A stretch of 64,000 bases of DNA from an uncultured Acidobacteriota bacterium. Its GTDB lineage: Bacteria > Acidobacteriota > UBA6911. Below the pieces are notes generated by a model, which was not told the DNA's origin, made no database searches, and saw only the letters and a program-made list of their open reading frames with translations. Position numbers and translations under genes: made by a program. Where the stretch lies: contig CAWHCF010000020.1 of the NCBI GenBank assembly GCA_963827655.1, positions 64,001 through 128,000 on the forward strand, given 5' to 3'. This document shows, one piece after another, positions 10,406-20,759 of the stretch (within the stretch, counting starts at the first letter, position 1; each line of letters opens with the position of its first letter).

Positions 10406-11047
10406 GTGATCAAAGTATTTGTCTGTGCCAACTCAAGCGTTGAACTTGCCGGACTCGAGGCACTCGTCAGGGCGTCTCCCTCTCTGGAACTGGTCGGAAG
10501 CAGCCTGGGAAGAGCCGGCCTGAGTCAGGCATTCGCGGTTACCCAGCCTGATGTGCTACTGGAGCGCTCGGCCCTCGATGACCTGGAAGAATCACGATTT
10601 CCGGACTGGGATGCGAAGACCGTCCCCAGAGTCTTGCTGGTGGCTGAACCTGAATTCACGGCCGCCATAGCCGCAATGCAGGCAGTGGACTCGGCGCTTC
10701 GCGGGATTTTGCCCACCTATACCAGCGAGAGAGAGATTCAAATCGCCATCGAAGCAGTAGCGGAAGGACTGTTCGTTCTCCACCCCGATGTTGCCGAACA
10801 TGCGGTGACAGCCTCGGGCGCGCCCCGCGCATCGACGGCCTCATTCGGGCAACAACTCTCGCCGCGCGAAAGCGAGGTACTTAATTTACTGGCGGCGGGC
10901 CTGGGGAATAAGGAAATCGCCTGGCGGTTAAAGATTTCGGATCACACGGTCAAGTTCCACGTCACATCCATCTTCAACAAGCTGAACGCGTCGAGCCGCG
11001 CCGAAGCCGTCGCGATCGGAGTCCGGCGGGGTCTGATCATCCTGTAG
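10406..11047 (+). CDS. NarL/LuxR-type regulator with atypical (pseudo)receiver domain
   Basis: C-terminal LSPRESEVLNLLAAGLGNKEIAWRLKISDHTVKFHV HTH; N-terminal REC-like region lacks the canonical acidic residues. Confidence 0.88.
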   Translation: MIKVFVCANSSVELAGLEALVRASPSLELVGSSLGRAGLSQAFAVTQPDVLLERSALDDLEESRFPDWDAKTVPRVLLVAEPEFTAAIAAMQAVDSALRGILPTYTSEREIQIAIEAVAEGLFVLHPDVAEHAVTASGAPRASTASFGQQLSPRESEVLNLLAAGLGNKEIAWRLKISDHTVKFHVTSIFNKLNASSRAEAVAIGVRRGLIIL

Positions 11048-11060
11048 AAAAGAAGTCTCT

Positions 11061-11162
11061 CGATTGCGGATTGCGGTTTGCGGATTTCGGATTTAAGATC
11101 CACTTGACCGAGGGTCGATTTGGATTTGTTGAAAGGTTCCCGAAATCCGAAAAGCCGCAACC
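11061..11162. repeat. Inverted heptamer tandem-repeat hairpin (GATTGCG/GATTTCG type)
   Basis: cgattgcggattgcggtttgcggatttcggattt ... ccgaaatccgaaaagccgcaacc. Confidence 0.7.
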
Positions 11163-11165
11163 GGC

Positions 11166-11999
11166 ATGGACGTCGAGAGATACTTGAAAAAATCGGTGAT
11201 CGAGCTGAGGGAGCGGTTTCTCGATCGGCGCCGAACGGTTCCCGACGGCTTGCTCGAGGCGCTCGAGGCCGATCCGCGCGACGGCGCGCGTCACCTGGCC
11301 GGCCTGATTCGCAAGCGGCGCCTGGAAAACCGCCGCGAGGGGCAACGGCTTCACAACCTGCTTCGGTTTGAGATCGAGTTGTGGTCTCAAGGACTCCAGC
11401 TCATCGCGGGCGTTGACGAAGCCGGCATGGCGCCGCTCGCCGGTCCGGTCGTGGCTGGGGCGGTCATTCTGCCCAGGAGCTACAAGCTCCGCGGCCTGGA
11501 CGACTCCAAGAAGATTCTCGACCCGACACGGCGAGACGACCTGGCAGCGCGGATCAAGCAGGATGCGCTGTGCTGGAGCGTTGCCCGAGCCGAAGTGGAG
11601 GAAATCGATCGGCTCAACATTTACCATGCCGGACTCCTGGCCATGCGGCGCGCCGTCGAGGGGCTCGGCGCCACGCCGGAATTCGTGCTGGTGGACGCGC
11701 GCAAAATTCCTCACTGTTCCTGGCCTCAGCGGGGCATTGTTCATGGCGACGAGCTCTCCGCCAGCATTGCGGCGGCTTCCATCCTGGCTAAAACCACGCG
11801 CGACGCCTACATGCTCGAACTCGACCGGCTCTATGCGGGATACCGATTCGCGTCGCACAAGGGTTATCCGACGCCCGAGCACTGCCGGCTGCTAAGAGAA
11901 CTGGGGCCTCTGCCGGTTCACCGGCGAAGCTTCGCGCGCGTCAGACAATTGCTCGGGCTGGACCCGGTGCAGGCCGAGCTATTCGCACAGGATTCTTAG
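11166..11999 (+). CDS. rnhB: Ribonuclease HII with N-terminal extension
   Basis: [62 protein letters not shown]. Confidence 0.95.
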   Translation: MDVERYLKKSVIELRERFLDRRRTVPDGLLEALEADPRDGARHLAGLIRKRRLENRREGQRLHNLLRFEIELWSQGLQLIAGVDEAGMAPLAGPVVAGAVILPRSYKLRGLDDSKKILDPTRRDDLAARIKQDALCWSVARAEVEEIDRLNIYHAGLLAMRRAVEGLGATPEFVLVDARKIPHCSWPQRGIVHGDELSASIAAASILAKTTRDAYMLELDRLYAGYRFASHKGYPTPEHCRLLRELGPLPVHRRSFARVRQLLGLDPVQAELFAQDS

Positions 12000-12076
12000 C
12001 GTGCCGTGAGCAAACGGGCGACGCGCAGGACCGCCAAGCCGCGAAGACGCGAAGGAGCGCAAGAAACCCGGTTTGC

Positions 12077-13120
12077 GTGATGCGTCTTTTCCGCCTCAGC
12101 ATATTCGCACTGTTGTGGAGCAGCGGAGTTCTTCCCGCCGCTCTACAGGCGGCCGGCGATCCCTTCCTTTTTTTCAGTCCCTCCGTACTGATCACTCCGG
12201 CGGAGCGCCAGCGCCTCGATCAAGGTCGGGTCCTGGTGCGAGTCCTCCCGGGTCAGGAGCGAGAGATCGCGGTGTTTTCCGCGGCGGCGTTCGATCGAGG
12301 CGGCGAAGCGCTGGTTCAGGGTGTTCGCCGCATTGAAGAGCTGAAACGCGGCCCGTACGTCCTTGCCATCGGCCGGTTTTCCGATCCGCCCCGCATCGGC
12401 GATCTGGCCGGGCTCGACCTCGACGAGGAAGACCTGCAGTCAATCCGGGACTGCCGCCTGTCTGATTGCGCAGTCAAGTTAAGCGGCTCCGAGATGGAAC
12501 AGCTTCGACGGGCGGCCGAGCCGGGGACGAACTCGAAGAACAGTCTGCAAGACGCCTTCCGCAGCCTCGTCCTGGAACGTGTCTCGGCCTACAAGGCTCG
12601 AGGCCATGAAGGAATTCCCGGATACCAGGACACGAGAACGACCGTTGACCTCAAGGTAGAGTTCTCGGGTATTGTGCGGAACTCGCCCTACCTGGTCGAG
12701 CGAATGCCGCAGTTGGCAGCCTATCTGGAAGGGTATCCGCGGATGCAGACGCCCGCGCCGGAATCGTTCTTCTACTGGTCGAAGGAGAAAATCGGGCGCA
12801 AGCCGGTGATCAGCGTGACCCACGTCAGCATCATTCGCGGCGAAAACCGCGCCGACCTCCCCGAGGTCCTGGTCGCGGGTAAACAGGTTTTCGCCACGCA
12901 CTACATGAATGGGGCCCTGGCGCTCACCGCGGTGGTGGGTGGACGCGATGGGGCGCCGCGCTACCTCGTCTACCTGAACCGGTCCCGTGTCGACATGCTG
13001 GGCGGATTTCTCGGATGGATCAAACGAAGCATCGTTGAGGAACGCCTGGAGAGCGAAACCGAAAAGATCTTTCAAGCATTACGAGATCGGCTGCGCAGCT
13101 TCGGAGCCGGCGCAAAGTAG
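12077..13120 (+). CDS. Secreted hypothetical protein
   Basis: Signal peptide; protein-like composition (FFYWSKEKIGRKPVISVTH, KQVFATHYMNG, YLNRSRVD); family not recognised. Confidence 0.7.
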   Translation: MMRLFRLSIFALLWSSGVLPAALQAAGDPFLFFSPSVLITPAERQRLDQGRVLVRVLPGQEREIAVFSAAAFDRGGEALVQGVRRIEELKRGPYVLAIGRFSDPPRIGDLAGLDLDEEDLQSIRDCRLSDCAVKLSGSEMEQLRRAAEPGTNSKNSLQDAFRSLVLERVSAYKARGHEGIPGYQDTRTTVDLKVEFSGIVRNSPYLVERMPQLAAYLEGYPRMQTPAPESFFYWSKEKIGRKPVISVTHVSIIRGENRADLPEVLVAGKQVFATHYMNGALALTAVVGGRDGAPRYLVYLNRSRVDMLGGFLGWIKRSIVEERLESETEKIFQALRDRLRSFGAGAK

Positions 13121-13434
13121 TGGAACCGGGCGAAGCAAGCTTCGCCAAGACCAAGGCGGTAGCAAGCTCTACACTCCAAGAACGCACGTTGTTATGGCAA
13201 GATAATGAGTCGACGAAACCGCGGAGGACGGAAAGTGAAAACCGAATGGCAAGCGAGCTGCGACCGATGCCTCAGAGAAATTGAGGAAAACGAAATAAGG
13301 TATTGCGAACCTTGCGACCTCGATGGTCTCTGCGAAAGCTGCTACAACAGCCATGACTGCAAGGGCTGACCGCAGCATCGTACGTCTCGATTAACCGCAG
13401 AGGCTGCCCTGACTCGGTTGATTCGACTACTGCC

Positions 13435-13965
13435 TCAACGGGGAGGTGTCGCGGCCGCCGCTTTTAGTGCTACCACCTCCTTCAACCTTCCCGTCTTCAC
13501 GTCGTAAATGAATCCCCTGACTGGAATATCTCCTGGTATCCAGGGATGCGACTTCACTTTCTGCATCTGCTGGCGCACGTTCGATTCAAGGTCGCCGAAG
13601 GTGTAAAACCGTGCCGGCGACACCGCCGCAGCTCCCGTCGATGTCTGGAGTCTGGCGCGCAGCTCTTCATCTTTGAAAGTCAACATTCCGCAGTCCGTAT
13701 GATTGATGATGAGAAACTCCTGGGTGCCCAGCAGATGATGGGAAATAATCAGGGAACGCAAGGCGTCTTCCGTGACGATCCCTCCCGCATTGCGAATGAT
13801 GTGGGCGTCGCCGGTCTTGAGGCCGAGCGCCTGCTCGACCGTCAGCCTGGCATCCATGCAGGCAACGATTGCCAGCTTGCGAGCCGGCGGCATCGCGAGC
13901 TGGCCCAGAGCGAAACTTCGGGCATAGGTTTCGTTAGACTTGAGGACTTCATCAATAATGCTCAT
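13435..13965 (-). CDS. Beta-class carbonic anhydrase
   Basis: CMDAR, RNAGG and HTDCG zinc motifs; GAGG RBS before ATG 13965. Confidence 0.92.
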   Translation of the reverse strand: MSIIDEVLKSNETYARSFALGQLAMPPARKLAIVACMDARLTVEQALGLKTGDAHIIRNAGGIVTEDALRSLIISHHLLGTQEFLIINHTDCGMLTFKDEELRARLQTSTGAAAVSPARFYTFGDLESNVRQQMQKVKSHPWIPGDIPVRGFIYDVKTGRLKEVVALKAAAATPPR

Positions 13966-14131
13966 GGCCTTACCTCGCAATCAATGGTATTGAACTCAGC
14001 TGTGTTCGAGACTCCCAGCAATTCTTGCCTATCTTAGTGCCGGAGGCGATGAAATCCAGTTTAAAATTTGCGTCAGGCGCCTTTGCGCGTCTAAGGAGAA
14101 CCTATCCAGATATGAGCCGGAAAAGGAATGG

Positions 14132-15094
14132 GTGATCGGGATTGATATCGGCGGTACCCAGATCAAGGCAGGGCTGGTCGACAACCTCGGCAGAATCTTC
14201 GCACGCAGCGCGATCCCGAGTCCCGACACAAGCCTCAACGCGTTCGGGCGGGCAATGACTTCTCTCGTAACCCGGGCGACGTCCAGCGTGCCGCCCAGCG
14301 GCCGAATCACCGGTGTCGGAATTGGATGCAAGGGGATCATCGATCCCGGTACCTCTCGGGTGCGGATTCTGCCCGGCCCGTTCCGGTTTCTCGAGGGCGA
14401 GCGATTGGACCGGTGGGTCGAGCGGGCGGCGGGGTCCGGACTTGCGATCAGGTCGGACAACGACGCCAAGGCGGCCCTCGTGGGCGAGGCGCGCTGGGGC
14501 GTTGCCCGTGGAAAGAGGCATGTGGTGCTCCTCACGCTGGGGTCGGGTGTTGGCGGGGCGATCCTGTCCGATGGCAAATTAGTGCGCGGCAGATCGGACA
14601 TTGCCGGCCACCTCGGTCACGTGACTGTCGACTTCGAAGGGCCAGTCTGCAGTTGCGGCAATCGCGGCTGCCTGGAAGCTATCTTCTCGGCCCGGGCGAT
14701 CGAGGGTGACGCGCTCGCGGCTATCCGCCGCGGATGCGAGACGCGCCTGCGCAAAGCCTTCGCTGAACGACCTGCAGCCTTGACCTGCCTGGATGTTTTT
14801 TCCGCCGCTCGCGCGGGCGACAAGGTGGCGCAGGCAATCGTTCGGCGCGCCGCCTCGGCGCTGGCGGCCACTTTGGCCGGCCTGGCTCACGCGCTCGATC
14901 CCGAGCTGTTTGTCCTTGGCGGTCAGATTGCCGAGACCGGGAGAATTCTCTTCGGTCCCGTTCGGCGAGAGTTCTTCGAGCGCACCGCGCGCCTTTCCGG
15001 CCGCCGCATCCCGATTCGCAAGGCGGCGCTCGGGGCGGAAGCCGGCCTGGCGGGGGCCGCTGCTCTTGCCTGGGAAGCATTGAACCCGGACTAA
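14132..15094 (+). CDS. ROK family sugar kinase
   Basis: GIDIGGT, DNDAKAA, LTLGSGVGG, GHLGH, CSCGNRGCLE. True start may be ATG ~14112 with an indel. Confidence 0.9.
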   Translation: MIGIDIGGTQIKAGLVDNLGRIFARSAIPSPDTSLNAFGRAMTSLVTRATSSVPPSGRITGVGIGCKGIIDPGTSRVRILPGPFRFLEGERLDRWVERAAGSGLAIRSDNDAKAALVGEARWGVARGKRHVVLLTLGSGVGGAILSDGKLVRGRSDIAGHLGHVTVDFEGPVCSCGNRGCLEAIFSARAIEGDALAAIRRGCETRLRKAFAERPAALTCLDVFSAARAGDKVAQAIVRRAASALAATLAGLAHALDPELFVLGGQIAETGRILFGPVRREFFERTARLSGRRIPIRKAALGAEAGLAGAAALAWEALNPD

Positions 15095-15220
15095 CAGATC
15101 CACCGCCAAGACTCAAAGACAGCAAGAAAGGGATTTCCTCGAAAAACAAAAGTGGCTATGCTGGTTGGACAATGGAACATGTTCCACACACCAGCCGGGT
15201 GGAAAGGAGAAACAGGAATC

Positions 15221-16652
15221 ATGAACAGGCCTTCGAGAAAAGCGCAGAAAGTCGAGCGCCGCGAGTTCCTGAAAGGAATTGCGGCGGCCCCGGCACTCGC
15301 ATCGTTGGGGAGCGGGGTCTGGACCAGGACGGCGCGCGCAGATCGATCGATTCGTGGCTCGAACGATGTGATCCAGGTCGGGGTGATCGGGGTAGGAAAA
15401 CGCGGGCAGGGGCTCATGATCTCCGCCGGCTTTGCTCAGCCGGGCCAGCTCGAAGGGCGCAGGCAGCGCCTCGGCACCGAAGGTCAGCCGCCGCTTGGCA
15501 TCCGGATCTCTGGAATCTGCGATGTCTACGATCCGTATGCCGACTGGGGTGTGACGGCCGCCGGCCAGGGCGCCCGCCGCTATCGGACCCATCAGGAACT
15601 CCTTGCCGACAAGGAGATCGATGCCGTGATCATTGCCACTCCCGACCACTGGCATGCGCCGATGGCCGCGGCCGCCGCGCGCGCGGGAAAGCACGTCTAC
15701 CTGGAAAAATGTTTCACTCATCAGGTGCCGGAAACTTTCGAGCTCCTGCGCGCCGTCAAAGAAAGCAAGGTCATCCTTCAACTCGGTCACCAGCGGCGAA
15801 GCGGTGCGCTGTATTCGATGGCCCGGGACGTCGTGAAGAAAGGCATTCTGGGCAAGGTCACGCTGATTCAGACTTTCTCCAATCGCAACACGGCCAACGG
15901 CGCGTGGGTGTATGCCATCCCTCCGGAAGCCGGGCCCCAAAACATCGACTGGCCGCAGTTTCTTGGGAATGCGCCCAAGAGGAGCTTCGACCTCGACCGG
16001 TTCTTTCGCTGGCGCAAGTACTGGGATTACGGAACGGGATTGCTGGGCGACCTTTTCAGTCATGAATGGGATGGAGTCGACCTGGTGATGGGAGGACTGG
16101 GAATGCCGGCGACGGCGGTGGCCTCCGGCGGGGTCTACTTCTGGAAGGAGAAGCGAGAGGTCCCGGACGTACTCCAGGTGGTCTATGAGTACCCGGAAAA
16201 AGACCTGACCTCTGGTATACAACGCCACTCAGGCGAGCAGCTTTCCGCGCGGCCCGCTCTACATGGGCGCTGAAGCTACGATGGACCTCAGCCGTGGAGT
16301 GCAGGTTTATCCCGATCGTGAATCCCCTCGCTACCAGGAAAAAATCAAGAGTGGTGAAATCCAGCCTGATCGACCGTTCATATCTTCCGGCGGAGCCGCT
16401 TCTCCGACCGAGAGCTTCCTGCGCAGCACCACGGCGTCAGGGGAATCGGTGGATGTAACCTACCTCCACCTGAAGAACTGGGTGGAGTCGATGCGAAACA
16501 ACCAGCCCGCGGCTTGCAACGAAGACATCGGCTGGCGGGAGGCCGTTACAACCCACATGGCGGTCCTCTCCTACAAGTGGGGTTGCCGGGTGCGGTGGGA
16601 TTCGCAAAAGCAGAAAGTGCTGCCCGACGTCGCGGGGAACGTAAAGGCATGA
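15221..16652 (+). CDS. Tat-exported Gfo/Idh/MocA oxidoreductase (one indel near 16210)
   Basis: ERREFLK Tat motif, GVIGVGKRG, IATPDHWH, VYLEKC, WRKYWDYGTG; continues in ORF 16263-16652. Confidence 0.88.
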
Positions 16653-19053
16653 ACTCTCGAATTGCGCTCATACTTCTTCTGTGCGGGCAGCTTCTGGCCG
16701 CCTGCAGCCGTGACCAGACTTCCGAGGTCGAAATAATCCGCGACAGCTGGGGAATTGCCCACGTTTACGGCGGAAGCGACGAGGCCGTCTTCTATGGCGC
16801 GGGTTATGCAACGGCCGAAGACCGCATGTTCCAGATGATGCTTCGCCGGCGGGTCGTCAGCGGGCGGACGGCGGAGATTCTCGGACGCGGGCCTGACGAT
16901 CGCTTCCTCAAGTCGGATCGAAAATTCCGGATTTTCGGAATTAACCGCCGCGCCGTCGAGAGGCTCAAAACGCTGGCCCCGGAAACCCGGAACAATCTCG
17001 CGGCCTATGCCGCCGGAGTGAATGCCTACCTTGACGAGCATCGAGGACGACTCTCTCCTCTGTTCGCCCGCTATGGGGGCGACCCGGAACCCTGGACGGC
17101 CGCCGACTGCCTCGCGATCTGGGATGGTCTCGCCGATCGGTTCAGCATGGGCTGGGTGGAAGAGCTGGCAGCCAAGCGCGATTCGGAACGTCTGGCTGTC
17201 GGCGGAGCGCCGGCGAACCGCCGGGTGCGCCTGGATGATTCGGCGCAGATTGTATCCGAAGAGGAATTCAAGCAGTCGAATCCCGAAGTCTATTCAAGAT
17301 TGAAAACCAGGATGGACGGCCAGAAGCAACGGGCGGAGAGCCGTGCGTTACTGCAGGAACTGAACCTCAGCCACAACTGGGTCGTGTCCGGAACTCGCTC
17401 GACCACCGGAAAACCGATTCTTCAGAGCGATCCCCACTACGGAGTGACGAATCCCGCTTTCTGGTACGAGATCCATCTCAGCGGAGGGCGCTACAACGTT
17501 CGGGGACTGGGAGTCGCCGGAGTTCCCGGGATGTTGATCGGATGGAACGAGCGCTGCGCATGGGGAGCGACGGCGCTCGCCGGAGATACGGCCGATCTGT
17601 TCGAAGAAAAGGTCAATCCGGACAATCCGGATCAGTACTTCTGGAAGGACGCCTGGAATTCATTTGAGCGCCGCAGCGAAACCATCCGAATCAAAGGGGG
17701 GGAAGAGGTTCGTTTCGAGGTGCGGACCAGCCGCCATGGTCCGGTGGTCAACGACCTCCTGAGCGGGTTGAAACCCGGCGAGGTGTTATGCGCTTCATTA
17801 CACTCTCCTGTGGACGCCGACCTCCTCGCTCGAATCGATGCTGGATGTCATGCGGGCCGCCGACTGGTCTTCCGTTCGCAAGGCGCTGGCCGGCTATGCC
17901 GCGCCGCCGCTGCACATGATTTACGCCGATGTCCAGGGAAATATCGGTTACCAGACCGCGACCCTGGTTCCGGCTCGGATGGGCGACACACGGTTCCCCC
18001 GAAAGGGATGGGATGGCGGGGATGAATGGACCATGGTGCCGTTCGAAGAGTTGCCGTCCATGCTCAATCCGCGCGCGGGTCATATCTTCACGGCCAATCA
18101 CCTGGCCGCCGGGTCGTGGTATCCGTACCTGGTCGGGGGCGGACGAGGAGAGGGGCCGCGCAGCTTGCGCCTGAGGGAAATCTTTTCCGAGAATCCCGAG
18201 CGAAAATTTTCCCCCAGAGACTTTGTCACCGCCGTTCACCAGGACGCGGTGAATCCGGTCGTGCGGGATGCGGTTATTCTGGGAAGAAAGGTGGTCGAGG
18301 AGGATGGTGATCGAGATCCACAGATTCGAGAATTGCTCGACAGCCCTGAACGGCTGGGATTTCCGTCTGTCCACGCAATCGGCTGCGTTTCCGTCGGCGC
18401 GCGGGCTGCTGGAAGCGATCGAATCGACGAAGCTCGCGGGCACGCCGCTCGAGGAACGGTATGGCGAGGGCTGGTCGGGCGTCACGGTGATGTTTAAAGC
18501 CATCATGCCTGCTTTCCGCCAGACCGGGCAGACTCCGAGCGATCCCGAGATCCGGCGCTGGCTGAAGAACGCGTTTCGCGAAGGATTCCGCAGGCGCGGC
18601 TACGGCCAGCAACAAACAGAAAACACGGGCTGGATGAAAGCCGAAGCGTCGAAAAACGGCGCGGCGGCCGGCTCGGCCACGGGAGGGCAGCCGCAGCTCG
18701 GCGTCATCCGGCGCATGGCGTATCAGGATGTGGCGGAAGGGTACGGCGCCGAGCGCTTCGGTTCGCTGGCTCCGGAATACGACCTCGATTCGCCGCCGCT
18801 CTGCTGCCCGTTGACCCAGACCATCTGGGCTCAGGAAGGGGGTTCTTACAGCCAGGTCGTCGATCTGAGCGACGTGGATCGCAGCCTGTCGATGCTTCCG
18901 CCCGGGATTTCGGAAAATCCTGCCAGCCCGCACTTCAAGGACCAGATGGATCTCTGGGCCAGGGGCGAGTTTCATCCCGCTCCACTCAGCCGCCCGGGCG
19001 TCGAGGCGATCAAGCGGTCATCGAAACGACTGAGCTACCGCCCCAGCCGTTAG
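16649..19053 (+). CDS. Penicillin acylase (peptidase S45, Ntn-hydrolase) family lipoprotein, split by 2 indels
   Basis: ATGA overlap with the upstream gene; lipobox LAAC; IIRDSWGIAHVY, GYATAEDRMFQM, SHNWVVSG...SDPH, YADVQGNIGY, FTANH, SPHFKDQMDLW. Confidence 0.88.
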
Positions 19054-19077
19054 AAAGCCCTTGTGAGCGTGAGGGTC

Positions 19078-19121
19078 AAACAAATACCGCCAGGCCACAA
19101 AGACACGAGGAGGACACGAAG
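19078..19121 (+). repeat. 9-bp-period motif copy
   Basis: aaacaaataccgccaggccacaaagacacgaggaggacacgaag. Confidence 0.7.
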
Positions 19122-19250
19122 TCTCAGAGTATTCTGCATTTCCTTCGTATATTGCGTCTAGTGGAGTCGCATCTGGTGATATTTGATTTCGCGCTGTTAC
19201 TGCGAGGCCTCGAAGACGCGAAGTGGTCGCTCAGGCCTAGAGGCGCGGAT

Positions 19251-19521
19251 CTAGTCCTTGTACGCACGAATCGTGATCGGATGTAGCCAGAGCATCCGGG
19301 GAAGTCGCCATCGCGGAACGCCACGGCGCGAATTCGTTGAGCAAGCGGAGTGAGATACGCGTGGGCGCCGTTGGGCTCTTCAGATGCCGTTTCAACGAAG
19401 CCGTAGTCAAGCTCGAACATTCTAGATCGAACAGCCAGGAGATATGTTTGGTCGCTTCAGTGCCTTTCGTAACCCGAATTCGAAGGTCCTGCGAAGTGCC
19501 GAGGCTACCGCCGGCGGCCAC
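19251..19521 (-). pseudogene. Degraded small toxin-like gene (RelE/ParE-like, inferred)
   Basis: Frame-hopping remnants PNGAHAY / RIRAVAFRDGDF / RMLWLH / DHDS / AYKD-stop; overlaps the end of the 19505-19729 ORF. Confidence 0.45.
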
Positions 19522-19729
19522 GTGCGCGCCTGGCTCGTTTGGCTCGACCCTTCAATAGACCCCCGATGTCGGTTTCCTGAGGCTTTGTCGCCGCAGCCCA
19601 TGTGAGCCCCCGTTCGATTCGGGAACGATGGGGTTCCTCAAGCGTCCAGAGCTGATTCTCAGGCACCATGGAGATCCGGCCGCTTTTGCCGACCGCCTTG
19701 ATCCTGCTCGATCCCATAGGATGTTTCAT
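19505..19729 (-). CDS. Small AbrB-like antitoxin candidate, possibly internally deleted
   Basis: IKAVGKSGRIS N-terminus and RIERGLTWAAATKPQETD C-terminus; sits upstream of the toxin remnant. Confidence 0.45.
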   Translation of the reverse strand: MKHPMGSSRIKAVGKSGRISMVPENQLWTLEEPHRSRIERGLTWAAATKPQETDIGGLLKGRAKRARRARGRRR

Positions 19730-19867
19730 GCTCTCGACTTGCTGCCTGTGGATTCGGGCATTTCTTTAATGCGATGATGCTAATCGTCGGTGCGTAACGT
19801 AAGGTTCTCAGGCTTGGGCAGGTTTCCCACATCGGAGCACATAAGATCCCCATCCCGGCCCGCGCCA

Positions 19868-20248
19868 TCACAATTTCTGAACCCCATCGAGTTTGCCCAT
19901 CTCCCGGTCGAATGTGCCGAGCGGCAGATGACCGGCTTTGCGGGCCACCTCAAGCACAAGACAGTCGGAGAAGCCCAACGCAGGTCGCTTCCGGTAATGC
20001 TTGAGGGCGGCAGCAACCACGTCGGCATCCTGGACGGTCAGATCTTTGTGGTTGAGAAACATCTCAACGGCGATTGCGATCTCGTTCGCCCCAAGCTCAT
20101 AGACCGCACTCAGGACCCAGACCGTCTCCGCCAGGACAATGTGAGAAACCCACGCCCCCGAAGCCACGAAATCTTCCGCCGCCGCAACCTGTTTGGCGTT
20201 GTCGCGCGTCGTAAGGCGGACAAGGACATTGGTGTCAACGGCGCGCAT
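19868..20248 (-). CDS. vapC: VapC-family PIN-domain toxin
   Basis: MRAVDTNVLVR, VLAETVWVL, GFSDCLV, TFD. Confidence 0.9.
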   Translation of the reverse strand: MRAVDTNVLVRLTTRDNAKQVAAAEDFVASGAWVSHIVLAETVWVLSAVYELGANEIAIAVEMFLNHKDLTVQDADVVAAALKHYRKRPALGFSDCLVLEVARKAGHLPLGTFDREMGKLDGVQKL

Positions 20249-20498
20249 GGCGACCTCTGATGTACTGTCCGACTCCTTTCTTCAAATCCTTAAGAGACCT
20301 CGGCCTGGGAGCGCCCTTCGGGAACAGCGCGCGATGCAAGTCCTCGGATGTGTATCGCCCCGCTCGACGCACCACGATCTTTCCGCCTTCTTCAACCCAC
20401 TCCAGGACGCCTCCCGGACCAACGCCCAGCTTTTTACGGACCTCCGCCGGCACGGAGATCTGACCCTGGACCGTCAACTTCGAATGTGCGAGTGCCAT
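20235..20498 (-). CDS. AbrB/MazE/SpoVT-family antitoxin
   Basis: SKLTVQGQISVPAEVRKKLGVGPG; overlaps vapC. Confidence 0.9.
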   Translation of the reverse strand: MALAHSKLTVQGQISVPAEVRKKLGVGPGGVLEWVEEGGKIVVRRAGRYTSEDLHRALFPKGAPRPRSLKDLKKGVGQYIRGRHARR

Positions 20499-20503
20499 GC
20501 TGT

Positions 20504-20523
20504 TTCATTACCATGGTAATGAA
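20504..20523. promoter_or_regulatory. Perfect 20-bp palindrome, likely TA autoregulatory operator
   Basis: TTCATTACCATGGTAATGAA, 5 bp upstream of the antitoxin ATG. Confidence 0.7.
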
Positions 20524-20759
20524 GACTTTTCAACGACGATTCGGTGAAACCACAAGCTGGCACTCTCTAGCCAACGCCTAAGGTTTCGATTCGACGAGGA
20601 GGGGCGTGATACCGATTTGAGCGGGCCGGTTATGAAAATAATGTAGTCCGGTGACGGTTGCGGGCACTCCAGCATTGCCGGGCGCAGGTCGCCGCAGTGA
20701 AATCGCGCAACTGCCGTGCGAGTGGCGTTCAGCCTACAAAGATTGGGCCACTCGGCGGC

